From: Steroidobacter sp.
GTDB lineage: Bacteria > Pseudomonadota > Gammaproteobacteria > Steroidobacterales > Steroidobacteraceae
Reading direction: 5' to 3'
Assembly: GCF_036406195.1 (NCBI RefSeq)
Contig: NZ_DASWVW010000033.1
Coordinates: forward strand, 224,111 to 288,110
Length of the DNA: 64,000 nt
Shown: positions 1-10,004 of the stretch, one piece after another
Numbering within the stretch: the stretch's first letter is position 1
How the letters are laid out: the number at the start of each line of letters is the position of its first letter
Made by a program: the position numbers and the translations under genes
The notes under the pieces: model-generated
The model's input: the letters and a program-made list of their open reading frames with translations, nothing else
Databases searched by the model: none
Told to the model about the DNA's origin: nothing

Positions 1-594
1 CAGATAGGTGGCCTGGGTGATGAACGTCTTGAGGGCCTCGCCGTCGAACAGCGGCATGGCCTGGCCGAGATCGAAAATGAAAGGAATGCCGGCGGCGGCG
101 AACTGCGCGGCGTGACGCACCATGCCCTCGCGCCCATCCGGCGCCACGATGCCCACTTTGACGCTGCGCTCGGCTCGCGCCAATTCGTCGCGCGCCTGGG
201 TCACTTCGTTCAGATGCGACAGCTGCATGGCGCCGGGGTGGAACGCCCAGATCTGGTTGTCATCCAGGTCGGTGGTCACGAAGCCCTGCGCGGTGTGCTC
301 GGCTTCGATCACTCGCACGTAGTCCGTGGGAATGCCGTTATCGCTCATCCATTGCAGGTATAAACCGGCATCGCGGCCAACGGTGGCCATGAGATATCCC
401 GTGTCGCCCAGCAGCTTGAGGTTGTAAGCGATGTTGCCGCCGCAGCCGCCGAACTCGCGCCGCATCTGCGGCACCAGGAACGACACGTTCAGCATGTGAA
501 TTTTGTCGGGCAGGATGTGATTCCGGAAACGGTCCTCGAACACCATGATGGTGTCGAAGGCCACCGAGCCGCAGATCAAGGCATGCTGACTCAA
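1..594 (-). CDS. PfkB/carbohydrate kinase family protein (adenosine kinase-like), runs off the left edge
   Basis: Not in the ORF track. Manual translation from TTG at 594 (AGGAG SD upstream) gives SQHALICGSVAFDTIMVFEDRFRNHILPDKIHMLNVSFLVPQMRREFGGCGGNIAYNL, a typical N-terminus for this family. Confidence 0.85.
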   Translation of the reverse strand, partial: MSQHALICGSVAFDTIMVFEDRFRNHILPDKIHMLNVSFLVPQMRREFGGCGGNIAYNLKLLGDTGYLMATVGRDAGLYLQWMSDNGIPTDYVRVIEAEHTAQGFVTTDLDDNQIWAFHPGAMQLSHLNEVTQARDELARAERSVKVGIVAPDGREGMVRHAAQFAAAGIPFIFDLGQAMPLFDGEALKTFITQATYL

Positions 595-845
595 ACGTCG
601 TATCTCCTCGAGGCCGCGGGAATCGTCGGATAGGACCGTGCCGCACGTCGGCGGCGGGCGACGTTTGGAGCGCCGGAATTGTAGGCGAACCGGCCCGCCA
701 GTAAACCTGTTCGTGCCGCTGAGGGCGACATTGCACCCCATTTTTGGACCACAGGCCTTTTTGCGCCTTGGGCGGGTGAACCTGTAGGACGGTTCAAGCG
801 TTAACCCGGCGCCAAGGCGGGTTCCCCGCCGCGCGGGAGGATGGT

Positions 846-1877
846 TTGATCAACGTGGAGCCTCGCAACCGCTACGATCGCTCAGCCGATGCCGGAACGT
901 CGCCAGGTGACGACGGGCCGCAGGTCGTCGCGGGATTCGATGCGGCGGCGTCCGACACGCGGGGCGCCTCCATCCTCATCGTCGAGGACGAAGGGATCGT
1001 GGCGCAGGATCTGATGGAGGCGCTCACCCGGTTGGGCTACCGCATCTGTGGCGTGGCCAGCGAAGGTGCCGAGGCGGTGGCCATGGCCACGCAGCTGACC
1101 CCCGAGATGGTGGTCATGGATGTGAGCCTGCGCGGCGACATCGACGGCATCCAGGCGGCACGCATGATGCAGGAGCACTCGCATGTGCCCATCATCTTTC
1201 TTACCGGACATCGCGACAGCGAGACGCTCCAGCGCGCGGTCATGACCGGGCCGCTGGGCTATCTCATCAAACCGTTTCATGAGGACGAGCTGCGCTGTGC
1301 GATCGAGGTCGCGATCCACAAGCATCGCGCCGAGCAGGCAGTGCGCGAGCGTGAGGAAGAGCTGCGCAGAAGCGCCGAGCTGCTACAGAACCTGACGCTG
1401 ATCGACGAGCTCACCCAGTTGCGCAATCGCCGCGGATTCTTCGAGCTTGCCCAGCAGGCGTTGAAGGTCGCGCAGCGCGAGCACTATGCGATGGGCGTGT
1501 TCTTCATGGATCTGAATGGGTTGAAGCGCATCAACGACACACTCGGCCACCGGGCTGGCGACCAGGCGCTGCGTGACACCGCCGTAGTGCTACGAGACAC
1601 GTTCCGCAACTCCGACATCCTCGCGCGTATCGGCGGTGACGAGTTCGTAGCCATGGCTCACGTGCACTCGACTCAGGACCTGCATGCCTTGAGCGGCCGG
1701 CTCCGCGAGCATCTGCAGATTTTCAATCAGACCCACCGTCGCCCCTACCCGCTGAACATCAGCGTGGGCATGACGCTGGTGGACATTCCCACCGAAGACG
1801 ACCTGGAGTCACTGCTGGCCCGCGCCGACGCGGCCATGTACGAAGAGAAGCGTGCGGTGTCCCGCCGCGGCTATTGA
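846..1877 (+). CDS. Response regulator diguanylate cyclase (REC-GGDEF)
   Basis: REC domain (ILIVEDE, VVMDV, KPF), intact GGDEF motif, RxxD I-site (RNSD). Confidence 0.92.
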   Translation: MINVEPRNRYDRSADAGTSPGDDGPQVVAGFDAAASDTRGASILIVEDEGIVAQDLMEALTRLGYRICGVASEGAEAVAMATQLTPEMVVMDVSLRGDIDGIQAARMMQEHSHVPIIFLTGHRDSETLQRAVMTGPLGYLIKPFHEDELRCAIEVAIHKHRAEQAVREREEELRRSAELLQNLTLIDELTQLRNRRGFFELAQQALKVAQREHYAMGVFFMDLNGLKRINDTLGHRAGDQALRDTAVVLRDTFRNSDILARIGGDEFVAMAHVHSTQDLHALSGRLREHLQIFNQTHRRPYPLNISVGMTLVDIPTEDDLESLLARADAAMYEEKRAVSRRGY

Positions 1878-1963
1878 TCTCTATACCGAGCCCGCCAGAC
1901 GCCCCGAGGCATCACGTGGGGCACGAGCGAGTATCATGGGCGCCCTGATTCCGTCCATGAGAC

Positions 1964-3517
1964 TTGCCGATGTCGAACGCCGTTGCCGCCGGGGACCCGT
2001 CACGGTGGCTGGAAACCGTCGCCGCTGACGATCCACAGCGCCTGCTATTGGAAACGGACCAAGGCCGCCGCCTGAGTTACGGCGAGATGTTGGCGCTCAC
2101 GCGCCGCGTGGCCGCCGCGCTCGCCTCCTTGCAGGTCGCCCCGGGCGATCGAATCGTCGCGCAGGTCGAAAAGTCTCCCGAAGCCGTTGCCCTGTATCTC
2201 GCCTGCCTGCAACTCGGCGCGACGTTCGTTCCTCTCAATACCGCCTATACCTTCGCCGAGCTCGAGTATTTCCTTGGCGATGCGGCGCCGAGCGTCGCCG
2301 TGGTGCGGCCGGCCGACCGGGAACAGATACTGCCGATCGCGCAGCGCTGTAGCGTCCGGCACGTAGAGACGTTGGACGACGGCCATCAGCGCGGCGGCTC
2401 TCTACTCGAGATCGCAGATCGGCTGCCAACGGACAGCTGCGTGCTCAGCGGCTCCCATGAACCTTCGTCATTGGCGGCGCTGCTCTACACCTCTGGAACC
2501 ACGGGCCGTTCCAAAGGCGCCATGCTGACCCGATCGAACCTGTCCTCCAACGCGGCGACGCTGGCAGGAGCCTGGCGATTCACCGCAAGTGACGTCTTGC
2601 TGCATGCCCTGCCCATTTTCCATGTGCACGGCCTGTTCGTAGCCATCAACACCGTGCTGGCATCCGGCAGCTCGATGCTGTTCATGTCCAAGTTCGATGT
2701 GGACCAGGTGGTCTGCCTGTTGCCGCGGACTACCGTGATGATGGGCGTGCCCACTTTCTATACACGGCTGCTGCAGCATCCAGGCTTGAGCCGGGATGTA
2801 GTGCGCAACGTGCGCTTGTTCGTTTCCGGCTCGGCGCCGCTGCTGGCCGAAACGCATCGCGAGTTTCAGTCACGCACCGGACACGCCATCCTGGAACGGT
2901 ACGGCATGAGCGAGACGCTGATGAACACGTCCAATCCCTATGAGGGTGAGCGCATTGCCGGCTCGGTCGGCCCGGCGCTGCCCGGCGTGGAGGTTCGCAT
3001 CACCGATCCGGAGAGCGGCGCGACGCTGACCGGGCCCGATACCATCGGCATGATCGAGGTGCGCGGGCCGAATGTTTTCTCCGGCTACTGGCGCATGCCC
3101 GAGAAAACCGCCGCCGAATTTCGCAACGACGGCTTCTTCATCACCGGCGATCTCGGCAAGCGCGATGCGCGCGGCTACATTCACATCGTTGGCCGCGGCA
3201 AGGACCTGATCATTACCGGCGGCTACAACGTCTATCCCATCGAAGTGGAGCTGGAGATCGACGCCCTGCCCGGCGTGAATGAAAGCGCCGTCATCGGCGT
3301 GCCGCATCCCGACTTCGGCGAAGGCGTCACCGCGGTCGTCGTGCCCAAAAAGAATGCCACGCTCGATGAAGCCGCCATTCGCGCCGCGCTCGAACAGCGG
3401 CTGGCCAAGTTCAAATTGCCCAAGCGCGTGGTGGTGCTCGACGAGTTGCCGCGCAACACCATGGGTAAGGTACAGAAGAGTGCGCTGCGCGAGCGTTATC
3501 GCAACCTTTATAAATAA
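1964..3517 (+). CDS. matB: Malonyl-CoA synthetase (AMP-binding enzyme)
   Basis: YTSGTTGRSKG, LHALPIFHVHGLF and ERYGMSET motifs typical of MatB. Confidence 0.85.
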   Translation: MPMSNAVAAGDPSRWLETVAADDPQRLLLETDQGRRLSYGEMLALTRRVAAALASLQVAPGDRIVAQVEKSPEAVALYLACLQLGATFVPLNTAYTFAELEYFLGDAAPSVAVVRPADREQILPIAQRCSVRHVETLDDGHQRGGSLLEIADRLPTDSCVLSGSHEPSSLAALLYTSGTTGRSKGAMLTRSNLSSNAATLAGAWRFTASDVLLHALPIFHVHGLFVAINTVLASGSSMLFMSKFDVDQVVCLLPRTTVMMGVPTFYTRLLQHPGLSRDVVRNVRLFVSGSAPLLAETHREFQSRTGHAILERYGMSETLMNTSNPYEGERIAGSVGPALPGVEVRITDPESGATLTGPDTIGMIEVRGPNVFSGYWRMPEKTAAEFRNDGFFITGDLGKRDARGYIHIVGRGKDLIITGGYNVYPIEVELEIDALPGVNESAVIGVPHPDFGEGVTAVVVPKKNATLDEAAIRAALEQRLAKFKLPKRVVVLDELPRNTMGKVQKSALRERYRNLYK

Positions 3518-3532
3518 ACAGAGAGATTCTCC

Positions 3533-4426
3533 ATGACCGCCACCCTGATCGATGGCCGCGCTGTGGCCGAACGCCTGCGCGAACGTGTTGCCGCCCGCAC
3601 CGCCGAGCTGGCCAGACACGGTCTGATTCCTGGCCTGGCCGTGGTGCTGGTCGGCGACGATCCGGCCAGCCAGGTCTACGTTGGCAGCAAGACCAAACAA
3701 GCCGCGGCCGCCGGGCTGAGACATTTCGATCATCGCTTGCCGGCGACCACGAGCACCGCCGAGCTGATTGCGCTGGTGGAGCGGCTGAATGCACAAAGCG
3801 ACGTGCACGGCATCCTGGTGCAGTTGCCTTTGCCGCCCGGCGTGGACAGCGCGGCGGTACTGGCGGCGATCGATCCGAACAAGGACGTCGATGGCTTTCA
3901 CGCGGTGAACGCGGGCCGGCTGGCGCTGGGTCAGGACACGATCGTGCCCTGCACGCCGCTGGGCTGCCTCATCCTGATTCGCGAAGTCACGCGCGATCTG
4001 GCCGGCAAGCGCGCGGTGGTCGTGGGCCGCTCCAACATCGTCGGCAAACCCATGGCGCAATTGTTGTTACAGAACGATTGCACGGTAACGATCGCGCACT
4101 CCCGTACGCGGGACCTGCCGCAGCTATGCCGCGAGGCCGAGATCCTGGTTGCCGCCATCGGTCGGCCCAAGGCCATCGCCGGCGATTGGATTCGCCCCGG
4201 CGCCATCGTGATCGATGTCGGCATCAATCGGATCACCGGCGCGGACGGCAAGAGCAAGCTGGTGGGCGATGTGGATTTCGAAACCGCCGTAGCGCGCGCC
4301 GGAGCGATCACACCGGTGCCCGGCGGCGTCGGGCCAATGACCATCGCATGCCTGCTGATGAATACAGTGAACGCGGCAATCCGCTCGAGCAGTCGCGACG
4401 TCGGCCCGCTCATCGGCTTGTCTTGA
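3533..4426 (+). CDS. folD: Methylenetetrahydrofolate dehydrogenase/cyclohydrolase
   Basis: [22 protein letters not shown] and [11 protein letters not shown] motifs. Confidence 0.96.
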   Translation: MTATLIDGRAVAERLRERVAARTAELARHGLIPGLAVVLVGDDPASQVYVGSKTKQAAAAGLRHFDHRLPATTSTAELIALVERLNAQSDVHGILVQLPLPPGVDSAAVLAAIDPNKDVDGFHAVNAGRLALGQDTIVPCTPLGCLILIREVTRDLAGKRAVVVGRSNIVGKPMAQLLLQNDCTVTIAHSRTRDLPQLCREAEILVAAIGRPKAIAGDWIRPGAIVIDVGINRITGADGKSKLVGDVDFETAVARAGAITPVPGGVGPMTIACLLMNTVNAAIRSSSRDVGPLIGLS

Positions 4427-4485
4427 GCGCCAGCTAACGAGACGGCCAGCCTGACGCTGCGCGTTTACCTGGGCTGATACGTCGA

Positions 4486-4508
4486 GGGCTCGCCGGCGGG
4501 GCGAGCCC
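4486..4508. terminator. GC-rich hairpin between convergent folD and MarR genes
   Basis: GGGCTCGCC-N5-GGCGAGCCC inverted repeat, no clear U-tract. Confidence 0.4.
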
Positions 4509-4528
4509 GTTGGCACTCGGGCGGGAAA

Positions 4529-5089
4529 CTACTCGGCGTCGCCGGCGCCTTCGGCGTCACCGATGTTGGCCGACAGCTTGTCGATAATGGAATACAGAGC
4601 GACGCGCTCCGGCTGACTCAACGCCAGCAGCATGTCGGCCTGGCGCTTGCGTGCCACCGGTAGCACTGCCTTGTATAAAGAAGTGCCCTTGGGCGTGATG
4701 GACACCATCACCGGCGCCGCCAGCGCCTCGGTCGAGCGCGAACCGCGATCCCGGATCGCCTTGGTCTTGGTCAAGCCGCGAGACGCCATGACTCGCAAGG
4801 TCCGGCTCACCTGTCCCTTGTCCATGCCGCTGCGCGCGGTCACCTCCGAGAAGCGCATCGGCGCAAAGCGCGCCACCAGTGCGAGCAGGCGCCACTCGGG
4901 CAAGCTCAAGCCGAACGATTCGAGATACGGCTTGGTGAGATTGGTGCGCAGGGAGTTCGACAGGCGCGTCAATCTAAACGTGAGGAAGTCCTCCACGTTC
5001 AGATGCGAGCCACTGCTCGATACCTTGGACCACGGAGAGGTTGTCTTGCTGGTCATCCGTTGACGCGACTTCTTCTGCGGAGCTTTCAC
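4529..5089 (-). CDS. MarR family transcriptional regulator
   Basis: LSLPEWRLL...MDKGQVSRTL winged-helix pattern. Confidence 0.85.
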   Translation of the reverse strand: MKAPQKKSRQRMTSKTTSPWSKVSSSGSHLNVEDFLTFRLTRLSNSLRTNLTKPYLESFGLSLPEWRLLALVARFAPMRFSEVTARSGMDKGQVSRTLRVMASRGLTKTKAIRDRGSRSTEALAAPVMVSITPKGTSLYKAVLPVARKRQADMLLALSQPERVALYSIIDKLSANIGDAEGAGDAE

Positions 5090-5486
5090 TTACGTGCCGA
5101 TTCGGCTGTGGCCGAAGAAATTGGGAGGACGCGGATTCTGCCGCAAGCAGTCGCGCTTGAATAGAACGTTGCATCAAGGAATGTTGTAAACACCATTTCC
5201 GGAACGCATCAGGCGCGTTATGCAAACACAGCTGCAACGCGCGCGCGGCGGAATGTTTCTGCGCGAGAATTTGCCGTGATTTCTTGGTCTGCCTGTTGTC
5301 GGCCGCGGCGCCGGCAGTGACAATTTTTGTCCATTCGCGCCACGCCACATGCTATCTGCCTGTTTGCACGCTGCGAATCGCAAGTGACGTTTCCTGACCA
5401 CGCGCCTTGGCCGGGCACGCAGGAAAAAAGTGATGCGGCGATAAAAACGGACTGCTATCGTCCGGCGCGCTCGTCAGGAGCGCTGC

Positions 5487-5714
5487 ATGCTACAACCAGA
5501 GGCCCAAGCGCGCGTTCTAGAAGAATGGTTCCGGCTACCGGAATCTCGTCGGTCGCACGCCACCGACGCGGTCGCTTTCGCGTTCAGGTTGCTGCAAGAC
5601 CGGCCGGAAATGTTCGGCCGCAGCCGTGAGCGCGCCGAAGTCGATCACGACATGATCGTGAACTGGCTGCTTCCCCACCTGAAATCCGCAGATCAGCTCG
5701 TCTGGCGGCGCTAG
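5487..5714 (+). CDS. Small hypothetical protein
   Basis: AGGAG SD 6 nt before ATG; fills the gap between MarR and ppc. Confidence 0.6.
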   Translation: MLQPEAQARVLEEWFRLPESRRSHATDAVAFAFRLLQDRPEMFGRSRERAEVDHDMIVNWLLPHLKSADQLVWRR

Positions 5715-5731
5715 TGCCTGAACGCAGGCGG

Positions 5732-8446
5732 TCAGGCGCCCTGCAACGCCTGGCTGATGCCGCTCACCGTGGCCAGCAGCGCGGACAGCAGCTCTCGGTC
5801 TTCCCGCTTGCCGGCGCGCCAGCGCCGCAACAGATCCACCTGAACCAGGTGCATCGGGTCGATGTACGGGTTGCGCAGCATGATGGAACGTTGCACGGTG
5901 GGTGCGCCGTCCAGCAATTGCTCGCAGCCGCGAATGTTCAGTACCTGCTGCTTGGTCAGCTCGTACTCGGCGCGCAGCACCGGTATGAAGCGACGATATT
6001 TTTCCTCCACCAGCTGCTCGTAACTCCGGGCGATGTCCAGGTCGGCGCGCGCCAGCGACAGCTCCACATCGTCGATCAGGTTGGTGAAGAAGAACCAGTT
6101 TTCGTACATATCGCGAAGCGCAGTCTCGCCCAGCGTGCGACTCGCCAGCGCCAACGCCGAACCGGCGCCGAACCAGCCCGGCATCATGTAACGACACTGC
6201 GACCAGGCATGCCACCAGGGAATGGAGCGCAGCGCCGCGATCCCGACCCGCTCCAGACGCGACACCGGCCGGGAACCGATCTGCATACGCTCCACCACGT
6301 CGATGGGCGTCAGCTGACAGAAGAATTCATGAAATTCGGCCTCGTCGTATACAAGGCCGCGATAGACGCGGGAGCTTTCGTTGGCCAGCAAGTCCATGGC
6401 TTCGCGCCAGTGCGGCTCCACTCGCTCCGGCGGCATCACGCCCGCGCGCGATAGCGACAGCGCGTTAAAAGCCTGCTCGAATACACGCAGCGCGATGGGA
6501 CGCAGACCGTACTTCTCATTGATCAGCTCGCCCTGCTCGGTGATGCGCAGCCGGCCGCGGCGCGCGCCGTCCGGTCCGCTCCTGACCAGCACTTCGGTGC
6601 GGCCGCCGCCGCGGTCGATGCCTTCGGCCTGGCCGTGAAACAACGTCAAATCGACGCCAGCGGCATCGGCCGCCGCGAACAACGATTCCTGCGCCTGACG
6701 GATCAACCAGCGCGAGCGCACGATGCCGCTCTCCTTGTTGCTGGCGGAATAACCGATCATCACGTACTGATGATTCGCGCGCCCCTTGAGGTGACGCTTG
6801 TAGACGGGTTCCTCGAACAGCTGCTTCATCATCTCGCCGCAGCGTTGCAGGGACTCCGCCGATTCGAACATCGGCGCCACGTCAGTGGGCACGTCGCCGG
6901 TGCGGCGGTCGGCGGTGTCGGCCCAACGGGCCAGCAATAGCACCGACAGGACATCGTCGATGCCCTGCGTCCGGCTGACGACGTAGGCACCGATGGCATC
7001 CTCGCCGTAGCGATGGCGCACGTGGGCAAGCGCTTCCAAGACCCAGAGGCTGCGCTTGCCGCTGGCATCGAGCACGTTGGTGGGGCCTTCGTCGCGCTCC
7101 AGCGCCTCGCGCAGTCGTGCGATGCGTGCCGTACTGTCACGCTTGATCCATTCGGGGTCGTGGAATCCGTGGCCGATCACGGCACGGTGGGCGAACGCGT
7201 TCTGGCGGATATCCAACGTCGCCAGATGAAAACCGAAAGTGCGAATGCGCCGGATCAAGCGGCGCACCTGGAACAGACCGGCATGCTCGCCCTTGTTGGC
7301 TCGCAAGCTGTCCGCAATCAGATTGATATCGCCGAGGAATTCGTTGGCGCTTTCGTAGTGGTTGGCGCGGCCTTCATAGGTCGCGCGCAGCCGTTCCATC
7401 ACCTGCCCGAGAAAAACCCGGTAGGGCATGCGGTCGTGCCGCACCGGTGACAAGCTGCCACCGGAGCGCAACAACAACGAATAGTGCTCGATGCGGGCCG
7501 ACAGCTGCGCCGAGACGCCAACGCGCGAGGCACTCTGCGAGAGCGCTTCAGCTAGCGATTTGCACTCCAGGAAATAGTTGTTGACGATGATCTGCTGATG
7601 ACGGGCAACGGTTTCGCGCAGCGTCTTGGCATGCACGTCGGGATTGCCGTCCATGTCGCCGCCCACCCACGAGCCGAAGCGCAGGATCTCGGGCACTTCG
7701 CGCTCCCGCGCCTCCGGACCGTAGACATGCTCGAGCGCCGCCTCGATCTCCTCGTAAAAGATCGGCACGATCTTGTAGAGCACCTCGGCGATGAAAAACA
7801 GAACGTGCTCGCGTTCGTCGGCCACCGTGAGCCGCTCGCGCGAGTTCTCGGCGGTCTGCCAGCCGGAGGTGATTTCATTGCGAATGCGCTGCCAGATCAC
7901 GCGGGTCTCGTTGGCGGTAGGGTCCAGCCCCAGCCGTCTCAACAGCAGCTGCGCGATCCTCTGTTGTTTGCGCAGGATGGTGCGGCGAGTGGATTCGGTG
8001 GGATGCGCGGTGAACACCGGCTCGATCCACATCTGCAACATCAGGCGCCATACGTCTTCCAGCGACAGCCCGTGCTCCTTGAGCTTGCTGATGGCTTCGA
8101 GCACACCGCTGGGCTGCGTCTTGCCTTCGTTGAAATAGGCGCGGCGGCGGCGGATGCGATGCACCTTCTCCGCCATATTGACCATCTCGAACCACGTCGA
8201 GAACGCACGGACCAGGTCGCGCGCCAGTTCGGGAGGCACGTTGCGGGTCTGTTCGGCCAGCTCACGGGCGCATTCCTTGTCGCCTTCACGGCGCGCGATG
8301 GCGTTTTGCCGGTCGGTCTCCACGGCTTCGAACAAGGTGTCGCCGCCCTGCTCGCGAATGACTTCACCGACCAGCACGCCGAGCATGTGTACGTCTTCCC
8401 GCAGATCGGCGTCTTTTTGCGGAAAGGATATGTCGGAGCGAGGCAT
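5732..8446 (-). CDS. ppc: Phosphoenolpyruvate carboxylase homologue with altered active-site motifs
   Basis: FTAHPTE, GGDMDGNP, LDIRQ, RITEQGE, IGSRP and LRSIPW present; GYSD is GYSA and GRGG is GQAE. Confidence 0.9.
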   Translation of the reverse strand: MPRSDISFPQKDADLREDVHMLGVLVGEVIREQGGDTLFEAVETDRQNAIARREGDKECARELAEQTRNVPPELARDLVRAFSTWFEMVNMAEKVHRIRRRRAYFNEGKTQPSGVLEAISKLKEHGLSLEDVWRLMLQMWIEPVFTAHPTESTRRTILRKQQRIAQLLLRRLGLDPTANETRVIWQRIRNEITSGWQTAENSRERLTVADEREHVLFFIAEVLYKIVPIFYEEIEAALEHVYGPEAREREVPEILRFGSWVGGDMDGNPDVHAKTLRETVARHQQIIVNNYFLECKSLAEALSQSASRVGVSAQLSARIEHYSLLLRSGGSLSPVRHDRMPYRVFLGQVMERLRATYEGRANHYESANEFLGDINLIADSLRANKGEHAGLFQVRRLIRRIRTFGFHLATLDIRQNAFAHRAVIGHGFHDPEWIKRDSTARIARLREALERDEGPTNVLDASGKRSLWVLEALAHVRHRYGEDAIGAYVVSRTQGIDDVLSVLLLARWADTADRRTGDVPTDVAPMFESAESLQRCGEMMKQLFEEPVYKRHLKGRANHQYVMIGYSASNKESGIVRSRWLIRQAQESLFAAADAAGVDLTLFHGQAEGIDRGGGRTEVLVRSGPDGARRGRLRITEQGELINEKYGLRPIALRVFEQAFNALSLSRAGVMPPERVEPHWREAMDLLANESSRVYRGLVYDEAEFHEFFCQLTPIDVVERMQIGSRPVSRLERVGIAALRSIPWWHAWSQCRYMMPGWFGAGSALALASRTLGETALRDMYENWFFFTNLIDDVELSLARADLDIARSYEQLVEEKYRRFIPVLRAEYELTKQQVLNIRGCEQLLDGAPTVQRSIMLRNPYIDPMHLVQVDLLRRWRAGKREDRELLSALLATVSGISQALQGA

Positions 8447-8765
8447 GGGGGCCGAATGGTACTCGGGATCGGGCCTCGGCCACGACCCCCAGGCGAACGA
8501 TCAAGCCATGCGCGCGGGAAATGTCTTGAGCAACGACTGCTTGCAGGTCGTGCTGGCGCTCGACTCTAGCCTCGGCAGGCTGCTATCGGCCGGGATGGCC
8601 AGGGTTGTTGCGTGTCCTCGATTTCCTGCCAGGCTCCCAGACGCACCTGATTCCGCCGGCACCAGCTCATCATCGGCGCCGCCGCGAAACCGGCCCATGA
8701 GGTTGGCCCTGAATGCCGGCCTGGTTGGAGTGGGGTATGGCGCTGATACGATCCCACCAGGGCAA

Positions 8766-9095
8766 TCAAGCCAGGGCTTGCACGGTGCGAGCGTAGGCCG
8801 CGCGCATCAATCCTTCGATGGCCTTCTCGGTGCGTGGCGCGAGCAGCAGCCGCAACGTGACATCGTTGGATGGCCGGGAGGGATCGTCGATCAGGATCTG
8901 CTCGATGAAGCGCGTGACCCGGTGCTGGATCTCGTTGATGAAACGCAGCTTGAACGGATCGATATCCTGCTGCCCGCCCGGCCCGTAGAAATTGCGCGCC
9001 TCCAGCGTCAGCTCGTACATGAAATGCGTCATGAAACGCGCCTGCTCGATGGACGAGAGCTCCGAGAAGTTCCGAATCTCCGATTCGATGTTCAT
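8766..9095 (-). CDS. Hypothetical protein (helical, about 109 aa)
   Basis: GGAGG SD before the ATG of MNIESE; protein-like composition. Confidence 0.65.
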   Translation of the reverse strand: MNIESEIRNFSELSSIEQARFMTHFMYELTLEARNFYGPGGQQDIDPFKLRFINEIQHRVTRFIEQILIDDPSRPSNDVTLRLLLAPRTEKAIEGLMRAAYARTVQALA

Positions 9096-9297
9096 ACAAC
9101 CCTCCCTGCTCATCATCATGGGCAGGCTGCCGGCAGGCAAGCCGAGGCGTTGAACGGTCCACCGGCCCGGACGGGCGGTTGCGCCGGCAAACCTGTGTCA
9201 CATTCGCGCCGTCATTTTATATATGACGCGCCTGGCGGATGTGACGGGCCGCTCATTCAGCCACGCATTCCTCGTCGCAAGATTTCGCAACAGCGGA

Positions 9298-9792
9298 TCA
9301 GTTGCCGATGACGTCGTCATCGTCGATCTGGAAGTCCTCGTAGAACTCCTCGACGCAGCCGCGGCAGATGGTGGCTTGCGGCCCCTCGATCAGGCCCTCC
9401 ACTTCGAACGGCCGCCTGCCGCAGAAGGAACATTTCAAGCCGGCGGTTTCCGAGTCATAGAACGCCAGCGCTTCCTCGACGGTGACATTGGTGTCGATCC
9501 AGCGCTCGCCCACGCCGGGATAGTTGCGCTCGACTTCCCGCTTGGCCTGCTCGACGGTTTCGGCACCGCAGGCGCCCAGCGCGATCCATTCCTCGTCGCA
9601 ATGAAACACGCGCGGCCCGATGTGTCCGGCCAGGCCCACCGCGATCGCCACCCGGGGCACCGCTTCCCGCGGCTCGTTTTCGGTGAATAGTGGCTCGCCC
9701 GGGTTGGCGCCGAAATAAGGAATGTCATCCACGAATGCATACGAGACCACACGGGCCGCGTCGATGACGGGAGGGGGCGGGTTGCGTTTCAT
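9298..9792 (-). CDS. Hypothetical protein with C-terminal ClpX-type C4 zinc finger
   Basis: CSFCGRR...LIEGPQATICRGC matches the ClpX zinc-binding pattern; no ATPase domain. Confidence 0.75.
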   Translation of the reverse strand: MKRNPPPPVIDAARVVSYAFVDDIPYFGANPGEPLFTENEPREAVPRVAIAVGLAGHIGPRVFHCDEEWIALGACGAETVEQAKREVERNYPGVGERWIDTNVTVEEALAFYDSETAGLKCSFCGRRPFEVEGLIEGPQATICRGCVEEFYEDFQIDDDDVIGN

Positions 9793-9944
9793 GATTGACA
9801 CCAAGACTCGCACCGACCGCAGCGGCCTGCAATAGACAGTCTTTCACGGCGCCATCACGGGAACCTGTGCGTCGGAGCAGCCGTTTACATTGCTACGGAT
9901 CGATTTCAGCACTGTCGTGCTCGATCCGCCCGTGAGCTTATCGA

Positions 9945-9984
9945 GAACAGGACGGAATCTGTTCCAAACAGATCCGTCCTGTTC
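9945..9984. terminator. Long hairpin downstream of the Agl-Glt-like operon
   Basis: GAACAGGACGG(A)ATCTGTT-CCA-AACAGATCCGTCCTGTTC, 18-bp stem with one bulge. Confidence 0.6.
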
Positions 9985-10004
9985 GAGTCCTGGTTGGGGC
10001 GGGG

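Noticed and set aside
8447-8765. Possible ncRNA in the ppc upstream region
   Set aside because: No recognisable family motif or strong hairpin.
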